A stretch of 64,000 nt of DNA from a virus (IMGVR_UViG_3300030098_001779:18412-82411), one strand, 5' to 3'. Shown: positions 29,194 to 39,463, counted from the first letter of the stretch. The notes: generated by a model from the letters alone, not told the origin. Numbers and translations are program-made.

Positions 29194-30447
29194 ATGGAAA
29201 GTTATGAATACATAGAGTCTGGGATATTACTTAACTTAAATGATAAGGAATCTCTCAAAAAATTTAAACACTCAGCAAAAGATTTTGCTAAACACGGGGA
29301 AGCATTTAAATTCATAAATAAACATTTTGATGATTATGGTACATTTCCATCATCAGATACTTTAGTAGAAAATTATCCTACAATAGATATTACTGCTAAC
29401 AGTCTTAACTTAGATTATGCAATAGATTCTTTCAAGAACCAAGTATTATTTAGGACTATTGTGTCAGCATTTCAATCCAACAAAGAGTTATTGAAAGAAG
29501 ATGCTAAAAAAGCCTTATCACATATACAATCTAACTTAAATGATATTGAAGTTGTATATGATGAAGATGTAGTAGCCTATGATACTTTGGCAGAAGATAG
29601 ATATTCAGAATGGCAAGAAAAAAGTAAGAAGAGAAAAATGGGAGAAGGTATGATGGGTATTCCTACTCCTTTCAAGTCACTAAATAAAACAGGGGTTGGA
29701 TGGATGCCGGGAGAACTTATAGCAATGTTTGCAAGACCTACAGTAGGTAAGACATGGATGTGTATCCAAGTTGCTGCAACTGCAATGATGCATGGACATA
29801 AGACATTGTTAATCTCTACTGAGATGCCTACAAGTGCTATTAGTTTAAGAGCTGATGTAGTGTTAGCTAAGATGATGGGATATAATTTCTCACACTCTGC
29901 TCTTAGAACAGGTAGACCGATAGACGAAGATAAATATAAAGAGTTTTTACAAAAACTAAATGGTAGACCACTATTAATATGTGATCACATACAAGGAGAA
30001 AGTAGCATCTCACTAGAAAGTATTGCTAGTTTGATTAGAAAACACTCTCCTGAGTTGGTTGTATTAGATGGTATATACTTAGTTTCATCAGGCGATGGTA
30101 GAAAAGCAATGTGGGAGCAATCTCATTCATTGTTTTATGGTATGAAAACTCTAGCTCTTAGCACTAATACTCCTGTATTCGTATCAACACAAGCGACTAG
30201 GGAAGCTGCAAATATGTTTGAGCCACCTAGAGCAGATCAAGTAGCCTTTGGAGATGCGTTAATTCGTTCTGCAGATGTTGCTATGGCAATGTGTAGAGTA
30301 GAGGATGAAGAAGATAAGAGATTAATTCAATACCAAAAATACAGAGATGGGGTTCTCGGATCAGATATCTCTATAATGGACTGGAAAGTCGATACAGGAC
30401 ATATAGAAGAGACTGAGGAAGACATTTTTAACAACGGAGACTTTTAA
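29194..30447 (+). CDS. dnaB: DnaB-like replicative helicase (SF4)
   Basis: GIPTPF..LN..GW.PGEL...ARPTVGKT Walker A, STEM, VVLDG Walker B, KYRDG. Confidence 0.9.
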   Translation: MESYEYIESGILLNLNDKESLKKFKHSAKDFAKHGEAFKFINKHFDDYGTFPSSDTLVENYPTIDITANSLNLDYAIDSFKNQVLFRTIVSAFQSNKELLKEDAKKALSHIQSNLNDIEVVYDEDVVAYDTLAEDRYSEWQEKSKKRKMGEGMMGIPTPFKSLNKTGVGWMPGELIAMFARPTVGKTWMCIQVAATAMMHGHKTLLISTEMPTSAISLRADVVLAKMMGYNFSHSALRTGRPIDEDKYKEFLQKLNGRPLLICDHIQGESSISLESIASLIRKHSPELVVLDGIYLVSSGDGRKAMWEQSHSLFYGMKTLALSTNTPVFVSTQATREAANMFEPPRADQVAFGDALIRSADVAMAMCRVEDEEDKRLIQYQKYRDGVLGSDISIMDWKVDTGHIEETEEDIFNNGDF

Positions 30448-30456
30448 GGAGGCGAT

Positions 30457-30648
30457 ATGAAAGTTCTAGGAATGATCATGAAATATTACAGTCTTTTCAA
30501 TAAGTATTCAGATGTGATACCTGAAGTGGTACAACTTGTAGATACTGCAGTAAAAGCAGTAGAAGATAAGAAAATCACTAAGGCAGAACAGAGTGCTTTG
30601 ATGAAAGAGTATTGGAACGTGATTAATAAAATAAAAGAGGCTAAATAA
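30457..30648 (+). CDS. Hypothetical protein
   Basis: AGGAGG RBS. Confidence 0.55.
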   Translation: MKVLGMIMKYYSLFNKYSDVIPEVVQLVDTAVKAVEDKKITKAEQSALMKEYWNVINKIKEAK

Positions 30649-31511
30649 TGGTAAATTGGGCACAGTTACTATTAGAAAATGGAATAGACGTACCTAGTGA
30701 GCATGAAGAATTCTCAATTAGGTGTCCTTTCCACAATGATAGTGTAGCTTCGTGTTCAATAAATACTGAGAAAGGCGTATGGATTTGTTTTGCAGGTTGT
30801 GGAGCAGGTTCATTAGAGAGTTTCTTAAAAAGATACTTAAGATCTGATGCTATTGATATAACAAAGTTATTGCTTGAAAGCCAAGCTAACTTTAGTGTTG
30901 ACATATTTGATGATCTAGAGGAGACTATCAAAGGTAGACCTGAGTATTTTATGGAAGCTGATACATCTAGATTCCCAATATGGGCATATGATAGAGGTTT
31001 TACAGAAGAAACTTTGAAGAAGTGGGGATGTGGAAGCACAGAGTATAATGATTTAGTTATACCAATACATGATATAGATGATAGACTTGTAGGATCTGTT
31101 ACTAGAAGGACAAATGCAGTCCCAAAGTATATGTATTCTAAAGGTTTACAGAAGTCTAGAGTCATGTTTGGAGCTAATAAATTAGAAGGACATCATAAAT
31201 ACATTTGTATTACTGAAGGTTCTTTAGATACTATGTGGCTAACACAAAATGGATATCCAAGTGTTGCAATTTTAGGGGCAACCATGTCCAAAGCACAATT
31301 GGATATACTGCGATCATTACAAACAGAGGAATATATCTTATGTTTTGATAATGATGCAGCAGGACAAAAGGCGATATCAAGAGCAATGCTTGACATATCG
31401 ACCAGTTTTATGGTATCATATATAAAGATGCCAAAGAAATATAAGGATGTACAAGATGTACGTTCCGAGGCATTACTCAAAGAAGTAATAGCAAAACGAC
31501 ATTATTGGTAA
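30648..31511 (+). CDS. DNA primase (CHC2 zinc finger + TOPRIM)
   Basis: CPFH...C...C; ITEG.LD; FDNDAAG; KD. Confidence 0.9.
   Translation: MVNWAQLLLENGIDVPSEHEEFSIRCPFHNDSVASCSINTEKGVWICFAGCGAGSLESFLKRYLRSDAIDITKLLLESQANFSVDIFDDLEETIKGRPEYFMEADTSRFPIWAYDRGFTEETLKKWGCGSTEYNDLVIPIHDIDDRLVGSVTRRTNAVPKYMYSKGLQKSRVMFGANKLEGHHKYICITEGSLDTMWLTQNGYPSVAILGATMSKAQLDILRSLQTEEYILCFDNDAAGQKAISRAMLDISTSFMVSYIKMPKKYKDVQDVRSEALLKEVIAKRHYW
31390..31419 (+). promoter_or_regulatory. Sigma70-type promoter TTGACA-N18-TATCAT upstream of SSB
   Basis: Inside the primase 3' end; TGn extended -10. Confidence 0.55.
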
Positions 31512-31524
31512 AGGAGGATTTACT

Positions 31525-32211
31525 ATGTCAGGAATAGCAAAAATTTTGCAAAAACGTGAAGCACTACTAAATCCATCAGAAAATCAATCTCTAGGAAAAG
31601 AGATTTGGTTCAAAGATGGAGATCAAGCATTTCTTACTCCAATTGCTTCAGGAGAAGAAGGGGATGCACTATTAGATGAAATCTATCTGTATACATACAG
31701 GTCAGGAAACCGATGGATTAACTTACTATCAGATGATTCAGTAGACACAAGCTCTGTACCATCTGATTCTAGACCATCACACAAGTTTGCTTTTTGGGCA
31801 TATGTCCATGAAATCTATCACTCTGAAAAGAAAATGGATGATTGGGAGGAAATAGAAGGTCCAGCAGGCAAGAAAATGTATAAGCAAACTGTTAACGATT
31901 TCAAAGTTGTACCTTTAGGCTTCGGAAGAAGTGACTACATTTGGAACCAACTTGTAGATGTCTACAATGATTGGGGTAAATTAGACAAAGGTGTAATTAG
32001 AATTAAAAGAACAGGTGCAGGTATGTATGACACCTCATACACTATCGCAGCTACAACTAGAGATACAGTTGTACCTGAAGATAGAAAAGCTGAAATTAGC
32101 GAATTACCATCTATCAAAGATTACTACATGGATAGATATGGTAACGCACCTGAAGGCGATAACGAAGTTGCTACATTTAGCACTGATGATACAGAGGATG
32201 ACTTATTTTAA
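31525..32211 (+). CDS. Single-stranded DNA-binding protein
   Basis: IRIKRTGAG..DTSY motif, acidic tail ending DDLF, replication context. Confidence 0.7.
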   Translation: MSGIAKILQKREALLNPSENQSLGKEIWFKDGDQAFLTPIASGEEGDALLDEIYLYTYRSGNRWINLLSDDSVDTSSVPSDSRPSHKFAFWAYVHEIYHSEKKMDDWEEIEGPAGKKMYKQTVNDFKVVPLGFGRSDYIWNQLVDVYNDWGKLDKGVIRIKRTGAGMYDTSYTIAATTRDTVVPEDRKAEISELPSIKDYYMDRYGNAPEGDNEVATFSTDDTEDDLF

Positions 32212-34182
32212 ATGATAATCAAAGATCAAAATACATTTAATGAGATACTTCCTACGCTGGATAATCATTCAGTTGTGGTGGATGTAGAGACAAATGGTTT
32301 TGATTCCTATGGTATACATCAAATATGTGGAATCGGAATCGGATTTGGTAACAACTCAGACTCGTACTACTTCCCTTTCCGACACCAGCATGTAGGAACT
32401 AACCTTCCTAGCGAGTGTTTGGCAGCCTTAATTGCGTGGCTCAATAAATCCAAACACCTTGTTGGTTATAATATCAAATTTGATCTCCGATTCCTCGAGA
32501 AAGAAGGTTTAGTGGTAAAAGATAAAGAATTAGTAGATGTACTTACTATGGTAAGGCTAACAGAACCATCTACTGTTAAAGATCTAGATCTTACTAACAC
32601 TATAAAAAGAAGCTATGGAGAAAGTCATGCTAGTTATGATATAGAAACTAAGAAACTCTTAAGGTCTAATAAGTGGCATAAGGACTTCTCTATGGCTCCT
32701 GTAGACGTTTTAGGACCTTACTGTGAGAAAGATGTCATCTATACAGCTAAACTGTACAATGACAGGGCGAAATTGATTAAAGAATCAAATCAAAATGACA
32801 TTTGGAAGATGCAGATACAATTAACTAAGGTATTATATGCTATGGAAGGGCGTGGCATAAAGATAAATAACACTTATGTTAAAGAAACTATGACTCAAAT
32901 AGAAGATCGGAAGTCTGAGATAGAAAGTAGAGTCATAAATCTTGCAGGTAAGGAATTTAATCTGAATAGTACGCAACAATTAGGCGAGATACTCAACGAA
33001 AGAGGTATAACATCGCCTGAGAAGACTGCAAAAGGGCAACAATCATGGAATGAGGCAGCGTTAGTACAAATAAATGATCCTATCGCAGGATATGTAAGAC
33101 AATATAGAGCTTTAGAGAAGTTAAGGTCTACATATTTAGAGCCTTTTCTAGAATTAGATGAATTACATACTACTTTTTGCAATTGGGGTACATTGACAGG
33201 CAGATTGTCGTCTAGAAATCCTAATTTACAGAATATTCCTAGAAATCATTTCAATTTAGTTGACAAACAGCTATCTGAAGCCGATAAACAGGAGCTAAAG
33301 GGTAGAATTAACGCTACACTAGCAGCGAAAGGGCAAACAAGTAGAGTAGAAGGACTAAGTGATGAGGTGTTAAACACTTGGACATTCGTTGGGAACGAAT
33401 CTTTTGATAAATCTCAAGAGGGACAGATAGCAATTAGAAATATATTTGTACCTAGAGAAGATTATTCACTTATATCTTTTGACTATTCACAAATGGAAGT
33501 TAGAGTATTCCTAAGCTATCTACAAAACGAAGAAGTAAATCAAATGCTTACAAAGTCTAACGTAGATTTTCATGGAGAAGCTGCAAAACTTGCATTTAAT
33601 GTTACAGAAGATGACGATACATTTAAGATGTTTAGACAAACTGCTAAAAGTATTACCTTTGGAACTATATATGGTATAGGTAATCAGAAGTTAGGTATAC
33701 AATTAGGTGTACCATCACAAGAAGCGGCAGATTATAAGAAAAGATATTTTGATGGGATCAAAGGGTCTAGAGAGTTCTTCAATGCAGTAGTTAGAAAAGT
33801 AGAATTATTAGGACAGATTAAAAATAAATATGGTAGAGTATATAAAATACCTAAGAATTTAGGTTACAAAGGTATAAATTATCTAGTACAAGGCACAAGT
33901 GCTGATATTCTTAACGAAAGAATGATAGAAGTACATGGTTTATTAGAAAATTTTAAGAGTAATCTATTATTACAAGTGCATGATGAAATAATATGTGAGA
34001 TACATAAGGATGAAATAGAGCTATTACCAAACTTAATTAGAGATGTGTTAGTAGAGAATACTCTACGCATACCTTTAGAAGTTGACATAGAGTTATGTGA
34101 GCCATCATGGGCAGTAAAGAAAGATTATGCATATACATTATATCATGAAAAAGAATTAGTAAATAGTATAGATTGGAGCTAA
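32212..34182 (+). CDS. polA: DNA polymerase, family A (3'-5' exonuclease + polymerase)
   Basis: DVET, YNIKFD, YCEKD exonuclease motifs; TGRLSS.NPNLQNIP, DYSQMEVR, R..AK...FG.IYG, QVHDE. Confidence 0.95.
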   Translation: MIIKDQNTFNEILPTLDNHSVVVDVETNGFDSYGIHQICGIGIGFGNNSDSYYFPFRHQHVGTNLPSECLAALIAWLNKSKHLVGYNIKFDLRFLEKEGLVVKDKELVDVLTMVRLTEPSTVKDLDLTNTIKRSYGESHASYDIETKKLLRSNKWHKDFSMAPVDVLGPYCEKDVIYTAKLYNDRAKLIKESNQNDIWKMQIQLTKVLYAMEGRGIKINNTYVKETMTQIEDRKSEIESRVINLAGKEFNLNSTQQLGEILNERGITSPEKTAKGQQSWNEAALVQINDPIAGYVRQYRALEKLRSTYLEPFLELDELHTTFCNWGTLTGRLSSRNPNLQNIPRNHFNLVDKQLSEADKQELKGRINATLAAKGQTSRVEGLSDEVLNTWTFVGNESFDKSQEGQIAIRNIFVPREDYSLISFDYSQMEVRVFLSYLQNEEVNQMLTKSNVDFHGEAAKLAFNVTEDDDTFKMFRQTAKSITFGTIYGIGNQKLGIQLGVPSQEAADYKKRYFDGIKGSREFFNAVVRKVELLGQIKNKYGRVYKIPKNLGYKGINYLVQGTSADILNERMIEVHGLLENFKSNLLLQVHDEIICEIHKDEIELLPNLIRDVLVENTLRIPLEVDIELCEPSWAVKKDYAYTLYHEKELVNSIDWS

Positions 34183-34183
34183 C

Positions 34184-34360
34184 ATGGATGTTAAATTAAA
34201 GAAAGGCGAAACATTTGAAAAGATGTTAAGACGCTTTAGTAAGAAAGTACAAAAAGATGAGTTGATAGATACTTATAGGAAGAAGCAAGTCTTTGAACCT
34301 AAAAGTATAAAGCGACAACAACAAAAAGCAAACAAATTAAGAAAAAGTAGGGAATCATGA
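34184..34360 (+). CDS. rpsU: Ribosomal protein bS21 (not in the supplied ORF track)
   Basis: MDVKLKKGETFEKMLRRFSKKVQKDELIDTYRKKQVFEPKSIKRQQQKANKLRKSRES (58 aa); GGAG RBS; ATGA overlap with the next gene. Confidence 0.88.
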   Translation: MDVKLKKGETFEKMLRRFSKKVQKDELIDTYRKKQVFEPKSIKRQQQKANKLRKSRES

Positions 34361-34680
34361 ATCTACACGATAAATTAACTGAATACTTAGAGCCGAGTGA
34401 AGAATCGGTTATGTTATATGATGAGTATGAAGATGCTTTTATTGGACTAGGATATAAACAATTTAGAGGTCCAGTAGCAGTTTATGATGCATCAAAGTGC
34501 ATAGACATACTAACAGAACAATTTAAAGAAGATCCTGATTACGATGGAGATGAAATGGATGCTTTAGAAATGGCAGTGGAGTATTTTGATTACAATACAA
34601 TGGGTGCGTGGTATGGAGAAGATACACCAGTCTTTGTAACAGCTACTTTAGAAGAAATAGAAAATAACGTAGGAGAATAA
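34357..34680 (+). CDS. Conserved phage hypothetical protein
   Basis: D.YEDAFIG...VAVYD..KCI...AVEYFDYN..GAW.GE.TP.F. Confidence 0.65.
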   Translation: MNLHDKLTEYLEPSEESVMLYDEYEDAFIGLGYKQFRGPVAVYDASKCIDILTEQFKEDPDYDGDEMDALEMAVEYFDYNTMGAWYGEDTPVFVTATLEEIENNVGE

Positions 34681-34681
34681 T

Positions 34682-35062
34682 ATGACAGCAGGATGGATAA
34701 ACCCAAAAGCTCCTTATGATTTTACACAAGGAGAATGGGAAGATTATAAGAAGAACTACCCAAATTTATCTTGGGGAGAATATAAACAAATGAAAGAATG
34801 GGATGTAGAAAACAGAATGGCAAAAGTGCCTAATAAAAAATATAGCTTTATAGAAGCATACAATAATCCAATTGATCCTGACCATTACTATTTTGAAATA
34901 GAACCATGGGACTTTATACATGCAAATAAACTTGACTTTGCACAGGGTAATGTGATAAAATATATATGTAGGTATAAAAATAAGAATGGTATTGAAGACC
35001 TCAAGAAAGCAAAACAATATATAGAAATGTTAATTGAGAAGGAGCTAAATGGCAAGACGTAA
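34682..35062 (+). CDS. DUF3310-type protein
   Basis: P.HY...IEP.DFI...F..GNVIKY..RY..KNG.EDLKKA..Y. Confidence 0.8.
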   Translation: MTAGWINPKAPYDFTQGEWEDYKKNYPNLSWGEYKQMKEWDVENRMAKVPNKKYSFIEAYNNPIDPDHYYFEIEPWDFIHANKLDFAQGNVIKYICRYKNKNGIEDLKKAKQYIEMLIEKELNGKT

Positions 35063-35186
35063 TTGGAGAAAATGCTACGACTGTGGCATAAAGATAAATG
35101 TAAAGAAACAAGCAAAGTCTGGACACGATTATGATTGTACAGCTTGCTACTTAAAAGAGAGAAGGAGAGCTAGAAGAGATGGCTAA
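35049..35186 (+). CDS. Small zinc-ribbon protein (not in the ORF track)
   Basis: MARRNWRKCYDCGIKINVKKQAKSGHDYDCTACYLKERRRARRDG; two CxxC; AGGAG RBS; fills the gap with overlaps at both ends. Confidence 0.6.
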   Translation: MARRNWRKCYDCGIKINVKKQAKSGHDYDCTACYLKERRRARRDG

Positions 35187-35400
35187 AATAGGCGTAAAAT
35201 TAGGATTCACTTATAGAGTAGGAGACCTAAACAACAATCAATATGGAAGAATAGATCTAGATATACATGATATAGACACTGATCTTCCTTTAGATGAACA
35301 ACTCACTAAATCAAAAGAATATGCTGATAAGATATTTGAATCTGTAAAAGATCAAGTAGATACAAACTTAGATAAGATTTTGGAGGAAACTAATGAGTGA
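35179..35400 (+). CDS. Hypothetical protein
   Basis: KIGVKLGFT..VG....Y.RID pattern. Confidence 0.6.
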   Translation: MAKIGVKLGFTYRVGDLNNNQYGRIDLDIHDIDTDLPLDEQLTKSKEYADKIFESVKDQVDTNLDKILEETNE

Positions 35401-35641
35401 GATGACTAGAGCACAAGTTTTAGAAGATGTTCTAAAAGAACGAGAAAGACAGGACTCCATGTATGGCGACCAGACTAAACATTCAGATATGTATTGGAAT
35501 GTGATTGCCACAGAAGAAAATGGAGAGGTAGCTAGAGCAATATGGGAAGAAGATGATGGACACATGTATGAAGAAATTATACAAGCATGTTCTGTTTACT
35601 TTGCATGGGCAGAAGCTATAAGAGCTAGAGGTGATAAATGA
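35393..35641 (+). CDS. MazG-like nucleotide pyrophosphohydrolase
   Basis: ERERQD...G.Q...W..I..EE.GEVA...EE.IQ. Confidence 0.65.
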   Translation: MSEMTRAQVLEDVLKERERQDSMYGDQTKHSDMYWNVIATEENGEVARAIWEEDDGHMYEEIIQACSVYFAWAEAIRARGDK

Positions 35642-36579
35642 AAGATACAGCAGAAAAAGCAATACAAGATTTACTAAAAGACAAGAATCTTAACTTAACT
35701 ATGGGCGACAGTAACGTATTTGACTATGGTAGAATACCTTTTGGTATACCAGCATTAGATACTTTAACAGGTGGTGGCATACCAAAGAAAAGAATGACCT
35801 TAATATATGGTCCGACTAACGTAGGTAAGTCATACTTATCATCTCAGATAGTTGCACAAGTACAGAAACAAGGTGGTAGAGCAGCTTGGATAGATACAGA
35901 ACTATCATGGGATGCTGATTGGATGGCTAAATGTGGTATAGATGCAAGTAAAGTAGTAGTAGGGCAACCATCAAGTGGTGAACAAGCTATGGATTCTATA
36001 AAAGCATTAGCTACATCAGGTGAGTTTGATGTAATTGTATTAGATAGTATAGCAGGTTTAGTTCCTGCTCAGAATATGGATGAAGACTTTTCGTTTAGTC
36101 CTATGGCATGGCAAGCGAGATTTGTTAACTCATCATTACCAAGACTATTACCTAGTCTCCACAATGGTACAGCTTTAGTATGCATCAATCAAGTAAGAGC
36201 TAGTATGGGACCTGTCGCATTAGAAAACATGCCGGGTGGTAAAGCTCAAACTTACTTTGCTCATTTCTTACTAGAAGTTAGAAGAAACGGGTGGATTGAA
36301 GAATCTGGTGAGAAAGTTGGCTTTGATATGCAAGTAAGACTAAGAAAGACTAAAGTAGGTGGACAAAACTGGAAGTCTGCTGCAGTTCCTTTCAGAGTTG
36401 ATGGTGGTATAGATATACTAGAAAGCTACATAAGAGAAGCTATTGAACAAGGATTCATCAAAAAGGCAGGAGCATGGTATACATATGAAGATGTCAAAGC
36501 TCAAGGTATGAATGGTCTTAAACAGATCTTTATAGATACACCTGAGTTAGAGGAGCAACTTATAAATGACATTTCCTAG
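35638..36579 (+). CDS. recA: RecA-like recombinase
   Basis: GIPALD...GGGIPK...IYGPTNVGKS, IDTE, IVLDSIAGL, INQVR, PGG.A, GAWY. Confidence 0.9.
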   Translation: MKDTAEKAIQDLLKDKNLNLTMGDSNVFDYGRIPFGIPALDTLTGGGIPKKRMTLIYGPTNVGKSYLSSQIVAQVQKQGGRAAWIDTELSWDADWMAKCGIDASKVVVGQPSSGEQAMDSIKALATSGEFDVIVLDSIAGLVPAQNMDEDFSFSPMAWQARFVNSSLPRLLPSLHNGTALVCINQVRASMGPVALENMPGGKAQTYFAHFLLEVRRNGWIEESGEKVGFDMQVRLRKTKVGGQNWKSAAVPFRVDGGIDILESYIREAIEQGFIKKAGAWYTYEDVKAQGMNGLKQIFIDTPELEEQLINDIS

Positions 36580-36874
36580 AGATTATACTGAACAAGAAAT
36601 GAAGGTAGCAGAAGTTCTAGATACAACAGGACTCAGATATGAAACTCAAGCTCCATTTGGTAAATATACTGTAGACTTCTATATAGCAGAAATAGATACA
36701 GTTGTTGAAGCAGATGGAGTCATGGGGCATTTAAGAAAAAAAGATAGGCAAAGAGATGCTGATTTAAAAGAAATGGGTGTAGAACATATTATTCATATTA
36801 GGTCAACTACTAAAAGTAATATCAAGGAGGAAGTATGGCAGGCATTAAACAGCTTGGAAAAAAAGCAAACGTAA
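36566..36874 (+). CDS. DUF559/Vsr-like endonuclease
   Basis: Q.PFGKY.VDFY....VVEADG..GH...D..RD..L...G. Confidence 0.75.
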   Translation: MTFPRDYTEQEMKVAEVLDTTGLRYETQAPFGKYTVDFYIAEIDTVVEADGVMGHLRKKDRQRDADLKEMGVEHIIHIRSTTKSNIKEEVWQALNSLEKKQT

Positions 36875-37512
36875 GAGGTGTACAAGATAGATGGTTATTA
36901 AAAGCTATAGATCAACATCTTACTAAAAAGCAAAGTCCTCCAAGAAAAGGTGTATTCTTTCCATCATCGGTTTCCAATCCTTGTGATAGATTTGTCTTCA
37001 TGGCATATAATGGACTATTAGAATCTTCTACAATAGATGGTACTTTGGCTAGAATATTCGATAATGGTGGATTCCTAGAGGACCGAATAAATAAATACTT
37101 TACAAATATGGGTATATTAGAAGGTAGAGAAATATCTTTGAAAAGCACTATGCCACCAATATCAGGTCGTATGGACTTTTTAATTAGACATGAAAAATAT
37201 GGGCAAGTGCCTGTAGAATTAAAGTCTATAAATGCTAGAGGCTTTGAGAGTTTAAAAGAAGCTAAACCTGAGCATGTTTTACAATTACATACTTACATGA
37301 ACTTATGGAATGATAATAACAAATCAACACCTGTAACACATGGAATTGTATTGTATGAAAATAAAAATGATCAGAAACTAAAAGCATTTTTAGAAGAACT
37401 TAGTCCCAAAATTTGGGATGATATATTAACTAGACTACTTAATATAATGGGCATGGCGACCATACCTGAGAAATGTACAGGAAATAAGTGGTGTAAATGT
37501 AAGGAGGTTTAA
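36835..37512 (+). CDS. Cas4-like PD-(D/E)XK exonuclease
   Basis: PS...PCDR; ISGRMD; VELKS; H..QL..Y; YENKN; C-terminal Cys cluster. Confidence 0.8.
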   Translation: MAGIKQLGKKANVRGVQDRWLLKAIDQHLTKKQSPPRKGVFFPSSVSNPCDRFVFMAYNGLLESSTIDGTLARIFDNGGFLEDRINKYFTNMGILEGREISLKSTMPPISGRMDFLIRHEKYGQVPVELKSINARGFESLKEAKPEHVLQLHTYMNLWNDNNKSTPVTHGIVLYENKNDQKLKAFLEELSPKIWDDILTRLLNIMGMATIPEKCTGNKWCKCKEV

Positions 37513-38009
37513 TGGAAGACGAGAAATGGACTCCAATAAAAGCTCTAGGAAGAGCTAGAAAATCGATTAGTGAATTAGCTATTAATGAATTAGTGATTGA
37601 CAAATCTGATAAACCTGAATTAATGTTTTCACAAGTATACAACGCTAACAATGAAAAGTTAGAAGAATTTTTAGTGATGTATAGTGGATATAAAGCATAC
37701 TTAGAAACGGAGATTGCAAAAAGAGAATCAGAAAGAAATGCTTTAGAAGCAGCTTTTGAAGAAGGTTACTCTAAAGCAATGTATACTTTGTATCAAGAAA
37801 GAGAAAACGAAGGTAAAAAGAAACCTGTAAAGGATGAAATTAGAGGTGAGATCTTTAGTAAATATCCGGGACTTGAAAACAGGAGAAAAGAAATAATAGA
37901 GAAAGAGATAGCTGTAAAAGAACTATCAGGACTATTGAACACATATACAACTGCATATAACACTATAAGTAGAATTGTAGCTCTACGAACATATGGGGGT
38001 GAGAAATGA
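37512..38009 (+). CDS. Helical hypothetical protein (possible recombination mediator)
   Basis: Coiled-coil; sits in the recombination cluster. Confidence 0.45.
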   Translation: MEDEKWTPIKALGRARKSISELAINELVIDKSDKPELMFSQVYNANNEKLEEFLVMYSGYKAYLETEIAKRESERNALEAAFEEGYSKAMYTLYQERENEGKKKPVKDEIRGEIFSKYPGLENRRKEIIEKEIAVKELSGLLNTYTTAYNTISRIVALRTYGGEK

Positions 38010-38473
38010 TACTCGGATTAGACTGTTCATCAAGAGCAATACATGGTGCTGTTGTTGATGAACATGAAAACTTAGTAATGCAATTTAGGACAGAGAAACC
38101 TGACAATAAAGCTGAATTTAATACTAGATTCTTAAATATTGTTGATAATTTTGCAAAGATATTAAGTAAAATAAATATAGAAAAGGCTTTTGTAGAAGCT
38201 GCGATTTATATACAAAACCCAAAATCCACGATTGAAATAGCTAGGGTTGTAGGTGGTGTTCAAATAACATGTCATAAAAATCGCGTACCTTGTCAATTAG
38301 TAGATAATACAAAGTGGAAAAAAGAAATAGTAGGCAAAGGCAACTGCTCTAAAACACAAATTATGGAATTTGCTGTAGATAAATGGGGAGATGTCTTTTT
38401 AGAACAAGATTATGCTGATGCAGCATGTATTGCATTATATGGATTAAAGGAGAGCAGAGATGGGGATTCCTAA
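38006..38473 (+). CDS. RuvC-like Holliday junction resolvase
   Basis: ILGLD.S, VE, WKK..VG.GN..K, DYADA.CIA. Confidence 0.85.
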   Translation: MILGLDCSSRAIHGAVVDEHENLVMQFRTEKPDNKAEFNTRFLNIVDNFAKILSKINIEKAFVEAAIYIQNPKSTIEIARVVGGVQITCHKNRVPCQLVDNTKWKKEIVGKGNCSKTQIMEFAVDKWGDVFLEQDYADAACIALYGLKESRDGDS

Positions 38474-38960
38474 AGGATATAAGAAAACTAGCGATGATAT
38501 GAAATTTTACTATTCATCACCTAGAAAGCAAAAGAAGACTAAACCTAAAGACAGTTTACCTAAAGGTATGACTGCAAAAGAATTTAAAGAGAAATACGCC
38601 AAAGTAGTTTGGTGTGATTATTATTCTTGTATACATAATGAATCTCCTGAAGGAGCAAGTAGAAAAATAGGAACTATATTAGAAAATCCTAACTATGAAC
38701 CTCTTGGAACTAAAGATGAATCTTGGAGAGGTATATGTAATAAGAAAGAAATAGGTATAAGATTCAAAACTATAACAGGATCAGGTAACTTAAAACACAA
38801 AGTTCCAGAGTGTTTCAATGCCGCATCTAATAAAACAGGTAGAGTTGATATGAGTAAATTTTTACAAGGTGGCTCTGCAATAGGTGGTAGCATAGAATCA
38901 CAAAGTGGTGATCAAGGTTATACAAACTATTCATTTGGTTCTAAATGGGAGGGTAAATAA
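38460..38960 (+). CDS. Hypothetical protein with Cys motif
   Basis: WCDYYSCIHN...C...C. Confidence 0.55.
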   Translation: MGIPKGYKKTSDDMKFYYSSPRKQKKTKPKDSLPKGMTAKEFKEKYAKVVWCDYYSCIHNESPEGASRKIGTILENPNYEPLGTKDESWRGICNKKEIGIRFKTITGSGNLKHKVPECFNAASNKTGRVDMSKFLQGGSAIGGSIESQSGDQGYTNYSFGSKWEGK

Positions 38961-39463
38961 TGCCTAAAAACTATCCTGAAGAAGTAAAATTAGCTGCTCT
39001 TGAATTATTTTTAGACAATAAAACAGGGGAACAAATAGCTACAATTGTAAATCAAGAGTTTGATCTTGAATTAAAAGCTCCAACTATATATGCTTGGGCT
39101 AAAAAGTATGATTGGAAAGGTGAAAATGCTTCTATGACAACAAAAGCAAAAGAGATAGTTAAAGAGAAACAAAGTCAAAGAATAGCTAGACTACAAAATG
39201 AACATCTAGATTCTTATGAAAAGATGAGAAAGAAAGCTGAATCTGAACTAGAATTTTTAGATTTTGAAAGAGCTTTTGAAGCAGTTAAAGCTATGGATAT
39301 TGGTATACAAGGTGAAAGAAAAACCATGGAAGGTATGGTAAACTTACAGTTTGTACAAGATGTTCTAAGTGTATTAGTAGAAGAAATTACAGATCCAGAC
39401 GTAATAACAAAAGTTGCAAATAGATTGCGAAGATTAGTTGCGGAGCGAGACGACATTGAATAA
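38960..39463 (+). CDS. Terminase small subunit (HTH)
   Basis: Y.EEVK..A..LF...IA...TIY.W.KKY.W; directly upstream of TerL. Confidence 0.7.
   Translation: MPKNYPEEVKLAALELFLDNKTGEQIATIVNQEFDLELKAPTIYAWAKKYDWKGENASMTTKAKEIVKEKQSQRIARLQNEHLDSYEKMRKKAESELEFLDFERAFEAVKAMDIGIQGERKTMEGMVNLQFVQDVLSVLVEEITDPDVITKVANRLRRLVAERDDIE

Noticed and set aside
33226-33460. Intein or intron in DNA polymerase
   Set aside because: Insert is short, in frame, and lacks C/S...HN splice termini
36835-37512. Cas4-like nuclease as evidence of CRISPR-Cas
   Set aside because: No repeat-spacer array or other cas genes seen; stand-alone Cas4-like exonucleases are common in phage recombination modules
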